This document shows, piece after piece, positions 28,401 through 36,850 of a DNA stretch of 64,000 nt (position 1 is the stretch's first letter; each line of letters opens with the position of its first letter). Position numbers and translations under genes: made by a program. The notes under the pieces were generated by a model. That model ran no database searches, was not told the DNA's origin, and saw only the letters and a list, made by a program, of their open reading frames with translations. Location of the stretch: the IMG/VR virus record IMGVR_UViG_3300027971_000043, positions 1 through 64,000 of that record. One strand, 5' to 3'. Source of the stretch: a virus.

Positions 28401-31400
28401 TCTCTCGGGACTCGTCACCAAACTTGTCATCCAGTTCGATTCCGGTTCCGCCCATTTCCTTGGTCGCAATTAGAACATCAGCCTCTCCCTCATTAAACGC
28501 AGCCATTGCTTGTTCCTTGGTCTGCTCTGAACCAGTGTACATCCGGGCGATCTTGAGAGTCGGATCAAGCTTGGCGATTGCGGCTTCGAGTGACGCGGAA
28601 GTAGGATTAACTGTCTCGCCTTTAGAGTTTTCATCCGAAACAAATCCAACATATAGTACGGGTTTCTTGCCACGTTTGATTGCATCTACTGCTCGTTTAG
28701 CGGCTGCGTCAACTTTGTATTCTTCAAGCGCACGTTTCTGAGCTGCTGCCATTTGTCGCAAAGCCGAGATGTCCACGTTCTGTGTTCCACCATACATCGC
28801 CTTGATGTCCTCAAGCTGTTGCTTGATCTGATTATCAAGAGGAACATCTTGGAACTCTATGTCGACCCCGTCCAGTTTGAGCGAGCGGGAACGCATGATT
28901 CCGTTCTTCGCCATTCCGTCGAGATAAGCCTCCAACCGATCCTGCATTTCGGTTTCAGTAACTCCTTCGGCCAATTGCCAATAGAATTTCTTTCCGCCCT
29001 TAAGAGCATATTTTTGGAATCCAAGACGACTAATTAAAGCATCGGGCGATTCATTATCAAATATTCCAAGTCGGCCAAGCGACAGCAATTGATCCGGAGT
29101 TTCAAACGGAGTACCTGAGGCCATCAATGTGCGCCCTGCTTTGTTGGCAATGTCATCCATTAACACTGCCCAAGATCGTGTCTTCCCACTTTGAATAGCT
29201 TTGGATAGGTTACGGCCAGAGTGTTGCTCATCCAAAAGAACAACAGTCTTGTCATCAATTAAAGGCAAAAGCTGTTCGAGATATCCAGAATTGTACGTGG
29301 TAACAAGCATCCGACCAGGAACAAACTCAATTGGCAATCCCCTTCCGCTCTCGCCCTTGCCCCCACGAACCGCCAACGGAACGCCTAGAATTGTCGCATC
29401 CTTCTGAATCGATCCACCAATTTCTCCATCGTCCCAGTTCGGTGTAACCGCATCAGGAGCCGTTATATAAACAACCTTATATCCCTTGTTGAGATAGTAG
29501 GCTCCAGTCCCAAGCAACACTCGCGTCTTTCCAGTTCCCGGTCCGTTCGCCAAATAAAACGCCTTGTGCTTGGAGTTCTCGATTGTGGTAACAGCCGCGG
29601 CTACGTCCTGTGCTTGTTCTTTAGACAGATTGGAAAGAACCTGTTGTCCCGCTGGAGCAAGAATCTTTTCGTTGAAAGATTTACCTAACTGGTTGCGGGG
29701 TTCGACGAAGGACTTGGGGATCGGGGTGCCACGAGGGCGCTCAACTCCAGGTCTCCCGGTTGCGGCTGGCGGACGCTCAACAGTTCGTTCCACTGCTTTC
29801 CGCTCCGCTGGAACGGTTTCTTCAAGAACTCGCTTTGTGGTGGTAGCGCGCTCCGCTTCGAGCTCGGCGAGCCTTGCGCGAGCTTCCTCACGTCGATCAG
29901 CGGGCGTCTTGGCTTCAGGTCTTGGGGTTGGTAGTTGTTCTGGTTGTTCATATGTTCCTTCCTCGTTTATGGTTAATCCGCTGTCGCGCAGGATTTGGTC
30001 ACTGACGCGAAGCAGGTTTGACCGGAAAGCAGCCGCAATTTTGTTCTTGGCTTCTCCCTCCGGCATGGCTTCCGAAGCCAGATAAGGCTCGGCAAGTTTG
30101 TTTAATGTGGCGACATAGGCATCGGCTTGTTTCTGTGAAATTGTTCCGTCCTCGGTAGATTGCCGAAGATTGGTATCAATGGCTTCAGTGAGTTCTGTGA
30201 TGGAATCTGGGGTTAGTTTAGAAGCAGCTACGCTTTCAATAAAGTTATCAAACGACCTTAACAGATCGCCTGATCGAGACGATTGAACTTCGCCAAGCAA
30301 AGTCTTGGCGGCAACTAACTCGGCATCATCAAAGAAATTATCGGCTTGCAACTGGCGGAACCGGTCAACATAAGGCTTGATCTGGTTGGCCGTAAGGTTA
30401 CCTTCGCGTACAACTCCGGCCGGTTCCTCAACAGCGCGAACCGGTAGTGTCCCAGCTCGTTGACTGTTTCGATAATTGTTTTCCAAGCCCTGAACAAACT
30501 TAGTTCTGACCGCGGGTTGAAGAGCGTTGATGTTATCAATTGTTGTTCCGATCTTGGCCGCTTCCGAAGCCACGTTTTTTACATCGCCAACCACGGCATC
30601 AAATGCCAGCTTCTCGGCATCCGTGGCCAAAGAGTTTCGGAAAGGTTGCTTAAAGTTTTCGGCAAGGATGGCAAGTGCTTCTTGTCGTTGAGCCGCGGAA
30701 GGAACTTCGACTTGACCCTCCATTTGAAAATCTGTTTCAGTCGCGTCGATCTGGTCGAGTGTCTCGTTGATTGCGCCGGCGACCGCTGGGTTAAGACCCT
30801 GTTCTTCCGCCAGTGTCTCGGCATCCACAGCCTGAGTCCGAAGCCCAGGAGTTTCCATGCTAACCGCCGCGCCAATTCCAACGCCAGCTCGCATGCGGGG
30901 AACAGCCTGACGAATGAAATCCCGAAGACGGCTATTGAAAATAGTGCTTAAGGAAAGATTGCCTTTACCTTGACGCAGTTCATACAGGAACGAATTGATT
31001 GTTCCGTTTGAAACTTCGTCTGCAATGTTATACTTCTGGTAACCAGCCAACGACTTGCTCTGAAGGTAAGTGTTCTTACGTTTGATATAAGCCATCAAAG
31101 TCTCGGCAGGATTCATTATGTTTCGGCCGTTTTCATCAATCGCGCCAAGACTCTGGAGCAATTCAACCGTTGATGGGTTCTTTAGATTAAACACATCGCC
31201 TAGAGCATTTACATCATTCTCTCTGGGGTCGGGGGCTAGCTTCTGGAACTTCTGATAAGATGCTTGTTCGGGATTATTGATAGCCAAGACAACGTCAGGT
31301 CGGGCTTCTAGTTCGGGTGAAATCGCTCCGCTTTTGATTCCCGCATTAGTCTCTCGTTCAAACTGTCCGATCAAGCTGGCTACGCTTTGTTCTCCGCGAG

Positions 31401-33711
31401 CTCCGCGTTCCAACTCTCCCTGACCTTGCATGGCCTGCAACTTGGCAAGCTGTTCTTCAAGGGCCGGAGTTTCTTCCAAAGGAGACTGCCTGATTTTGGT
31501 CTGCAAAGCTGTGATCTGATCGGAAATCTTTTTAGCCCTGAACTCAGCGGGTCTTTCCTCGGCAACCAACTCTTGTTGCTGGGCAAGACGAGTTTCCAAC
31601 GCAGTCTGAATTTGGCTTGGTCCCAGATGCCTCGAAGCGATGGCCTCAATCTCTGGCATCGATCCAGCCGTGTCTAATAAATCGCTGATCTCATCGACCT
31701 GATCTTGTGTGATCCCTGGTTTGTTCTCGATCTCCTGCAAGATTGCATCCTTCTCATCCTGCATAATCTCCGCAGGATCTTCCTTACCGATCCAATTACC
31801 CTCGGCATCCTTGACTCCTAGAACCTGATATCGTGATCCGTCCTCACTAAGCTTTCCGTAAACGCGACCCTGACTTTCAAGCCAGTCAATCTTAGCTTGA
31901 TTGGCGGGGGTGGAAGAAAGGTCAATCGAGGTAACTCCCTTTTGAAATACGTTGACTAACTCATTGAATGCCCCAATAACTTCCTCATCAGTTTCTGGAA
32001 CTCCAGCTTCTATGGTCGGAGGAACTCCCATTTGTTTTGGCTGTACTTGAGCCTGAGCTTCTGCCACTTTGCTTGAAAGCAAAGATTCAATCGCGCCTTG
32101 CTTAGCATTGTTAATCGCTTCATCGGCTACCGCCGTAGTTTCGGGAGCAGTTGTTGGGTCAAGAGAAGCCCGAACATTAACAGCGTCAAAAAGAGCTTGG
32201 GCTTGAGGACTGTTCAGAGATTCTCGAAGCTCAACAATTTGTTGCATTTTCTGATCTTCTGGAATCTTGGGGTCGTTCTTAATTCCAGTGACAGTTTGAC
32301 GGAGAGTATCCGCAAACTTGTCATTCGCCATCTGATTAAGTCTTGCTCTACGACCAACAAACCCTTCGGCCAATACCATGCCAAGACCGATACCGCCGGA
32401 AGCGGCTAAACTTTGCGGAATCTGAGCAATAGGATCTTGTCCACGGGCAATCGCGTCAATCACATCGGATGAAGTTTCTCCGAGAGTTGTTCCAATGACC
32501 TTAGCCGTTCCCTGAACAACCGGGGCAAACGCAGGAAGTTTGGTCTCAAGAGCTTTAGCAACCATGTGATTGGTCAAGGCGCGATCGGCCACGTCTTCCA
32601 ATCTATTGCCGGCTTCCTCGGAAAGGGCTAATACGCCGGCCTCACTCACAATCGAAGCTAACCGTTGTCCCACGTTCAAATTACGCGGGTCTTGGTCGAG
32701 GGATTGGGAGGCTCCGACAACTGCATAAGTTGCGCCCTTGGACAGAGTCGTGGGAACTTTAATTGTCTGCCCCGCAATATCTGCGGCTTTGCCCAACAAG
32801 CCTGTTGCCCCAGCGCCAACTGCCATAAATTGACCCAAAGAACCGGTGGCCAATCCAGCCAAAGTAGATGGCATGTAATTCTTTTGAATTACATCGTTGA
32901 TCCCATTGGTCAAAGCGGCTCGACGGGCTACTTGGTCAGGATCATTTTCGTCAACAATAATGTCTCCGATGGAAACAAAAGGAACGAAAGCATCACCGGA
33001 TTGAACTGCAAAATTACGGAGTCCCGCGGTACCAAGTTTCTTTGTCTTGTCACTCTGAAGGTCTTTGTAGTATTCCTGTGCTCGGGCCAGGTTCATTCCA
33101 ACTTTCGGAGTATTCCACGCGCCAAGCCCGAACTCCATCGCGGGAGCTTGATCCTTAGGGGCGATAGATTTCCCAGCAGTTAATTCATCGGAATAGAGAG
33201 CACCAAGCTCAAGGGCTTTCGCAGCTTGGGTAGAGTCCTTGATTGTTCCAATGTAATTGCGGGATGCCAAACTTTCCTGCATGGCTTTGGCATCTTCATT
33301 CGTAATCCCGAGTCCGCTCTGCAAATAAGATCCAATAACTTTACCCACACCTCCGACAGCAATTTTGGTAAGCCCTAACCAGTCATTGTTTTTTTCGGCA
33401 TCAAGGGTGGCTTGGGAAGTAGATTTTATGTAATCATTAACATTCTTCTGAGCATCCTGCCACGACTGTGTATTAAAAGGAAGTTTACCTTCCTTAAAAC
33501 GGGTGGCTGTTCCGAGTAAAAGATCGTTGGCTTTCGGGTTATCCCGAAGCTCCATAAGTTGGCTGGCTTGAGCCAAAGCCGAAGAAGGCTGGCTTAGTAT
33601 AGAATCAAGTTCGTCCTGTTGCTGGGTCGGGGGTTGTCCAAGAATATCTCCGACAATGCTGTCAAGGCTATTAGGCAAACCAGCATCCAAAGGGGAAAGG
33701 GGATCTGCCAT
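22459..33711 (-). CDS. Giant internal virion (ejection)/polyvalent protein with SF2 helicase, zincin-like and possible sigma-like domains
   Basis: 3750 aa, no Cys seen; GPGTGKT, DEQH, SGTP, GGTGIELDD, RVWR; IIINP...EETIH; third of three ejection-type genes. Confidence 0.85.
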   Translation of the reverse strand: MADPLSPLDAGLPNSLDSIVGDILGQPPTQQQDELDSILSQPSSALAQASQLMELRDNPKANDLLLGTATRFKEGKLPFNTQSWQDAQKNVNDYIKSTSQATLDAEKNNDWLGLTKIAVGGVGKVIGSYLQSGLGITNEDAKAMQESLASRNYIGTIKDSTQAAKALELGALYSDELTAGKSIAPKDQAPAMEFGLGAWNTPKVGMNLARAQEYYKDLQSDKTKKLGTAGLRNFAVQSGDAFVPFVSIGDIIVDENDPDQVARRAALTNGINDVIQKNYMPSTLAGLATGSLGQFMAVGAGATGLLGKAADIAGQTIKVPTTLSKGATYAVVGASQSLDQDPRNLNVGQRLASIVSEAGVLALSEEAGNRLEDVADRALTNHMVAKALETKLPAFAPVVQGTAKVIGTTLGETSSDVIDAIARGQDPIAQIPQSLAASGGIGLGMVLAEGFVGRRARLNQMANDKFADTLRQTVTGIKNDPKIPEDQKMQQIVELRESLNSPQAQALFDAVNVRASLDPTTAPETTAVADEAINNAKQGAIESLLSSKVAEAQAQVQPKQMGVPPTIEAGVPETDEEVIGAFNELVNVFQKGVTSIDLSSTPANQAKIDWLESQGRVYGKLSEDGSRYQVLGVKDAEGNWIGKEDPAEIMQDEKDAILQEIENKPGITQDQVDEISDLLDTAGSMPEIEAIASRHLGPSQIQTALETRLAQQQELVAEERPAEFRAKKISDQITALQTKIRQSPLEETPALEEQLAKLQAMQGQGELERGARGEQSVASLIGQFERETNAGIKSGAISPELEARPDVVLAINNPEQASYQKFQKLAPDPRENDVNALGDVFNLKNPSTVELLQSLGAIDENGRNIMNPAETLMAYIKRKNTYLQSKSLAGYQKYNIADEVSNGTINSFLYELRQGKGNLSLSTIFNSRLRDFIRQAVPRMRAGVGIGAAVSMETPGLRTQAVDAETLAEEQGLNPAVAGAINETLDQIDATETDFQMEGQVEVPSAAQRQEALAILAENFKQPFRNSLATDAEKLAFDAVVGDVKNVASEAAKIGTTIDNINALQPAVRTKFVQGLENNYRNSQRAGTLPVRAVEEPAGVVREGNLTANQIKPYVDRFRQLQADNFFDDAELVAAKTLLGEVQSSRSGDLLRSFDNFIESVAASKLTPDSITELTEAIDTNLRQSTEDGTISQKQADAYVATLNKLAEPYLASEAMPEGEAKNKIAAAFRSNLLRVSDQILRDSGLTINEEGTYEQPEQLPTPRPEAKTPADRREEARARLAELEAERATTTKRVLEETVPAERKAVERTVERPPAATGRPGVERPRGTPIPKSFVEPRNQLGKSFNEKILAPAGQQVLSNLSKEQAQDVAAAVTTIENSKHKAFYLANGPGTGKTRVLLGTGAYYLNKGYKVVYITAPDAVTPNWDDGEIGGSIQKDATILGVPLAVRGGKGESGRGLPIEFVPGRMLVTTYNSGYLEQLLPLIDDKTVVLLDEQHSGRNLSKAIQSGKTRSWAVLMDDIANKAGRTLMASGTPFETPDQLLSLGRLGIFDNESPDALISRLGFQKYALKGGKKFYWQLAEGVTETEMQDRLEAYLDGMAKNGIMRSRSLKLDGVDIEFQDVPLDNQIKQQLEDIKAMYGGTQNVDISALRQMAAAQKRALEEYKVDAAAKRAVDAIKRGKKPVLYVGFVSDENSKGETVNPTSASLEAAIAKLDPTLKIARMYTGSEQTKEQAMAAFNEGEADVLIATKEMGGTGIELDDKFGDESREMIILSPPISAIQAVQLIYRVWRVDSASRPNIVFLESQAEIDQNTIGRMRAKLRLLDATVGAGFEGLRAEEAVAPVRETNEATAEQQKFVDTELTSVLGTNYKDNTVTFKDAKGQPRIYNVLVSPMAEHSVAAQAGADNESDTIIINPEKLAVSKSRVSPKDFKSYLTKVMLEETIHVETYRYFRELGLDPVEELTAIGDGMSQATRLAIARLYNSQLGSDITDPVIQGKIKALANDSYQVSMEGIRQLSQLNLTGGITEQVTSVDPKDIARATQRLKDLVGQEPKSVLARLGVWFDSMATVVKRGLGLAPQATDRLVLRQGIEDAISNLRKTSKYFVDASAPGPVAAPEPGRSPTSPRPANKFDSYDLRIYRMIENHLEGRTDGVFGVTAADDLFKTVDVNDWLDGLDVAARRGMITNQERNLFRAATKSVMDGGRASLPGIANKALEIAEGMEESGESLPAVAFIATTEPVNLVEPSEYSRYNVKIGFYPSYPTTAKTSAGAVANTVAKMFEDRNEIIFDGRNYTYKNRGALIAAIGRAGYDNYARRLTPAPEIVTEKPIVTSVSLDGETVSIPVPPPEITRVIPVPAPEIRESQAVKNIALNVLDKIPEGADKDRLLNEWYYTSVSQEQQIEDARNYIAENGFDKSLQQFLAGNINASLPVQTGVAFELMNTLREKAKTDKFAESQLIDVALIAAKKYGTEAGRAVQMWSGLDSLIFDNPERAKLFVYRQIDKTLKGKLQGYAEENDEIAMALKDANRRAAEKFTTAKKTIKGNNLQAVQDQLGKLVDLNKKGGTLSQIQAVISDYLESEEVSKGLTEWLGADIAAAPEPGMGGDDIRLDPDQSRALGRVILGIIERSENPRETAASADEIKRLVMLAPVVRDAKNQENVRRKLELYFDSALTYALEFFQAKALREARAREAGTRVGQAAEVIPPPSTRGEAIQRVAQAKAKAAQEAPVIVPNNLPPELALAEASADALQKQAARLQKQPKVKDALEEFAMRTRRLIAQRTKEMGGLQPVFEPLPKPTEAEVLKDRIAQYPEVKEFINNVRESLRNNYNEQELIGLEPFIEEAFGRPFAVSSLKQTVRALESIGGPKTNLRSLIRASRGDIMDFENKMGALLTENTNLDEAQKKEVLDFLREGMTELIASERKDALKRIKENFEKKKERKTRKIRSALDKLIESANLGVLSDDDVFVQMHSQLGLPEMTQEQRKELNKKIEALSVLPKGMIRQKAINEMYQYIKFVAPVVWSDLLINYQTAGLLSSVGTVGINAFGSLLNAELNAFLLTAAGGVKYAIGAALNKEQEKALGKAYLSALPSLNQAIFSPKGKAYAAALNTMLSGNYSDISDVLNQEYGGINTFEAIVNQAEAYRKGQSSIRPELPIKAFGKEYTLPLDPKAISKKYGLLGPYIWFGRAMQAGDALIKVSTKKMAEVLEATNVAIDQGLTTQEEIEAEVARLLNMSPEARSRAEAKAAAEAKEFSLTPTEQTLRVEEIIAQNRPDEDAVKEITKRAQTLAAQTSFTNNFEGYIGLLAGTVNDLGEKAKALKVLLKFLRTGSALANEGLKFLPIISQIRFIRGSAGKLKDSKYFVPPPTPGTIEHDLLLGKMFTGLMGIFLIGLRFLPAMSGEDDPENNIHLNGPADPTQREAFLAAGGKLKSIQLGTFKSGKPRFVSFEFFPQGIQAVLTLIASYVESVRYSKRSKVEAALEGTLAAGMVTTLAMLDVGFLSGLRSIMALTSPGPQRTDPKMIIDKTVKLAGNITASFIPGYATARDIEQAYNGLTGSPSARPYQENLLSVFMSSIPFASKIGRPDLDFLGGNIRTQMSNTVPFLRRLTTVGVDGMAYNNGERSQQAIHDKLISLFAANRYALDWDPGPLKNYAMMDLIKDAAANGVTLTPDDFFQISRELTNDEKYEWMQRAGPVIENFLAPFIPQLEKMSRPQFITFMQQVNKTIKNPILQNVLLEKNQEGILFPERK

Positions 33712-33745
33712 AAACCAAACTATTCAAGCAGATTCCTGCCCGACG

Positions 33746-35392
33746 TCAACGATTTTGTCCCTGGTTAACTACGTTTGACTCAGGTGTTTGGCCGAGTCCA
33801 GGGAGTTCTCCCAACTGCTGTTTAAGCTTGGCAATAACTTCCCTTACTGGTCTACCTCGATATAGGGCGTCCGGATTGGCGTTGTACATGTTAACAACTT
33901 CTGCAACCTTGGACATGGTTTCCGGGGATAATTGAACTTTGGTTGCGCCTTGAGCAGAAGGAGCGGTGGGAATAGTGGCAGTGCCAGCCTCGGCAACCAT
34001 TGGAGAATCAATTTTGAGTAGTCTGATTGGGATTTGACCGCTTTGTGCAGTCTCCTGATTGGGTTGGGCCGCGGCGGGAGTCTTGCCGGGTTGAGGGGTT
34101 GTTGGAGTCTGCCCGGGTTGAGCGGACGGGGCGGGTGAAACTGGGGGAAGCCCACGAGTTGACATTGCCTCCATCATTTGAATCATAGGATTTGCGGAGG
34201 GAAGGTCTAAAAGACCTCTCTGATTTACGTCGTCTAACCACTTCTCGTATTCTTTTCGTTTCGCTGGATTTATTTTTCCAGTAAGAGGATTGATTGCAGA
34301 ATCCCAACCAACCGTAGCAGAAAGATCGGGAGGGGCAAAAGGAAATACTCGCTCTGGTTTTCCTGTTTCTTTATTTATTACTACTGGACCCACTTCAGGA
34401 TGTTGAGTTAAAACGTTTGTTATAATCTCATTTGCCCTAGTTTTCCAGCTTAATATTTCTTCATTGGCTTCCGCTTTAGTAGTTTGAAACATGAGTCTAC
34501 TTTTTTCGTTGATATAATTTTCTGACAATTTATCGTCTTTTCCGGGGTATCTAGCTTGCAACTCATCCCATTGTTTTTGAGCAGACTTTGGAAGTTCTCC
34601 TACAATCGCTCGAGTTTCGAATTGTCCCATGGCAGTACCAAGTTCAGCTTTTTGATATTCGTCCTGCTGCTTTGCTTTACCTTGAGCAATTTCAGAATAC
34701 ATTTTAATTAAGTTTTCATCTTTATTCCCTAAGTTATAAAACTCTTCATTTCCTTTAGACAATTCATTCTTTAAACGATCTGGACCAATTTTTGTGACGT
34801 CTAATTCATTAATCCGATTGATGACCGCAACAGCTTGAGGACGAGTTCTTACATTAGTAAAGTCTTGTTCCAACATTCTTTTGTTCGCAACCAAAGCCAA
34901 GGCGTTTTTATAGGCATCGGTTTGTTGTTTTATATTTAGACCCGAAGCATAACCCTTGTTAGTTGCTTCAGCCACCTTAAGACCATCTCCGCTTTCAATA
35001 GCCAGCATCAATTCCGATTCAAGTCGAGCGGCTGAAACCTCTTGCTCTCTAATCGCATTTTTTTGATTCAGTTCCAGAAGAGCTTTTGTCTGTTCAAAGC
35101 CAAACTTTCGTTCATCTAAGTCTCGATCCAAAGCCTTGCTTTGCGCTTCGGATTGCGCTTTTATTAGCTGACCAGCATTTTGAGCATCGGCTGATGCAAT
35201 TCGAGCTGTGTTGATCTGCGCTTCTTGTGCCTGATTTGCAGCTTGTTGATCTAATTGAGCGTAGGACAAAGCCAGTCTATTCTGCTCTTGTTGATCCTGC
35301 TGGAACAATTGTTGTTTTTTCAAGTAGTTCTCGCGCAAATCACCAAGGATTCCCCGCACCTGGCCTACATAATCTGGAGCTACTGGTGTCAT
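33746..35392 (-). CDS. Internal virion/ejection protein
   Basis: Q/A-rich, helical, Cys-free; synteny. Confidence 0.65.
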   Translation of the reverse strand: MTPVAPDYVGQVRGILGDLRENYLKKQQLFQQDQQEQNRLALSYAQLDQQAANQAQEAQINTARIASADAQNAGQLIKAQSEAQSKALDRDLDERKFGFEQTKALLELNQKNAIREQEVSAARLESELMLAIESGDGLKVAEATNKGYASGLNIKQQTDAYKNALALVANKRMLEQDFTNVRTRPQAVAVINRINELDVTKIGPDRLKNELSKGNEEFYNLGNKDENLIKMYSEIAQGKAKQQDEYQKAELGTAMGQFETRAIVGELPKSAQKQWDELQARYPGKDDKLSENYINEKSRLMFQTTKAEANEEILSWKTRANEIITNVLTQHPEVGPVVINKETGKPERVFPFAPPDLSATVGWDSAINPLTGKINPAKRKEYEKWLDDVNQRGLLDLPSANPMIQMMEAMSTRGLPPVSPAPSAQPGQTPTTPQPGKTPAAAQPNQETAQSGQIPIRLLKIDSPMVAEAGTATIPTAPSAQGATKVQLSPETMSKVAEVVNMYNANPDALYRGRPVREVIAKLKQQLGELPGLGQTPESNVVNQGQNR

Positions 35393-35395
35393 AAA

Positions 35396-36847
35396 TTACG
35401 CCAATTGTGGCACATAGGCTGACCCTGTCCAGTTCTGTGCTTGTTGTTGCGCTTGCCGTTGAGCTTGCGCTACGAGTCTTTGTCCTCCTGGCCCTTTAAA
35501 GGCGGAGATTGGAATATCTGCTCCACCAAAATTAAGGCTGGTAACAGAACCCGCGCCAGGAAGATTAGGTCTTGTAGCCGAGTATTCACCCGGTTTGAAC
35601 GACACATATTGCCCCTTCTTAATATCGAACTGACCGGGCAATGCCTGACTCTGCCAAGCGTTAAGGGCATTGGAATTTGAAATTTGGCTATTGTATTGAG
35701 CTTGGTCGGTCAAAGCTCCAAACACCAGACTTGGGGGAACCATTTTACTGGCTTCAAAATTTGCTCGGGCCATGGTAGATTGTTGGGCCATGTTTGCCAT
35801 ATTGTTATATACATCGGAGGATTTTACGTAAACCGCATTAAAGATTGCGTTTGGATCTACGTGATTGTAATTGGCAATTGTACTGAAGATAGTGGCAGGA
35901 TTCGTAATCAATTGGTTTACAAATTCGGCTCCACTAACCGGCATCATTTCGCGACCAACTGTAGCGGCAAGTTTGGCTGTCTGGTCAAGTAATCCAGCTC
36001 CGGCAGTTTGAAGTTGTAGGCTGGTTAAGCCTAGGTCTCTAGCAGCTAAGTTTCGGCCAAGGCCACCTCCGTACAACCCAGTGGTAAAACCTTTAGCGGC
36101 GGAGCTTCTGAAAATTTGATCGACCACGTCCGTCGGTATTTTACCAGCAAGGTAGTTGGATGTGATCTCATTTGTCTTTGCCATGTTCGCTTTGTAACCA
36201 GGCATTGCAGCATCAAACTGATCGATATATTTTTTATTTAAAATCTCGGCCATTTTGTTGGCCTGTGTTCCTATCTTCGTAGGATCATTTAACTGAGCAG
36301 CAGCGGCAGCAGCTTGATTTGTAACATCCGAGATCGACGGATTAATTCCGGCAATCATGCTCTTGATTTGAGCTGGACTTAAATTAAGTTTCTGGGCTGC
36401 GGATTTTGCATCTGCAACAAGTTGGTTTTGGTCAACAAAGAAATTAGGATTTACTCCGCTATTAATCTGGTTAAATGTATTTCTAAAATTACCCATCACA
36501 CCAGAGAGATCAACTCCCTGCATTGTAGGAGCAGCGCCCAAGAAAAATTCAACTGGTGTTGCTTGAGCTTGGCTAGCTCCAGAAAGCCCAGCGCCAAGGC
36601 GTGATCCGGCAGAACCGCCACCCCCGCCAAAAACATTTTTGGCTGGAGTGCGAACACCGCCAGTATCCTTGTACTGGCTCGAATTCGGCATATTAGCCCA
36701 CAAGCTTCCTGGTCCTGGGGCAGAAACCTGTTCAAAAGTTTTCCGACTAGCCGGAGAACTCATATACGCATTCCAGGCGGCATCGCCACTAGAATAAGAA
36801 GGAGCGGCTCCTCCACCACCCAAGAAATCAAAAACCATATTAGCCAT
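35396..36847 (-). CDS. Internal virion/ejection protein
   Basis: G/A/Q-rich, Cys-free; RNLAARDLGLTSL; synteny. Confidence 0.65.
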   Translation of the reverse strand: MANMVFDFLGGGGAAPSYSSGDAAWNAYMSSPASRKTFEQVSAPGPGSLWANMPNSSQYKDTGGVRTPAKNVFGGGGGSAGSRLGAGLSGASQAQATPVEFFLGAAPTMQGVDLSGVMGNFRNTFNQINSGVNPNFFVDQNQLVADAKSAAQKLNLSPAQIKSMIAGINPSISDVTNQAAAAAAQLNDPTKIGTQANKMAEILNKKYIDQFDAAMPGYKANMAKTNEITSNYLAGKIPTDVVDQIFRSSAAKGFTTGLYGGGLGRNLAARDLGLTSLQLQTAGAGLLDQTAKLAATVGREMMPVSGAEFVNQLITNPATIFSTIANYNHVDPNAIFNAVYVKSSDVYNNMANMAQQSTMARANFEASKMVPPSLVFGALTDQAQYNSQISNSNALNAWQSQALPGQFDIKKGQYVSFKPGEYSATRPNLPGAGSVTSLNFGGADIPISAFKGPGGQRLVAQAQRQAQQQAQNWTGSAYVPQLA

Positions 36848-36850
36848 AAA

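Noticed and set aside
22459-33711. N4-type virion RNA polymerase
   Set aside because: Size and lack of Cys fit, but I found no recognisable single- or multi-subunit RNAP catalytic motifs; the identifiable motifs are SF2 helicase
33722-33749. Promoter for the giant gene (TTGACG on the minus strand)
   Set aside because: No YAnnnT box at 16-17 bp spacing
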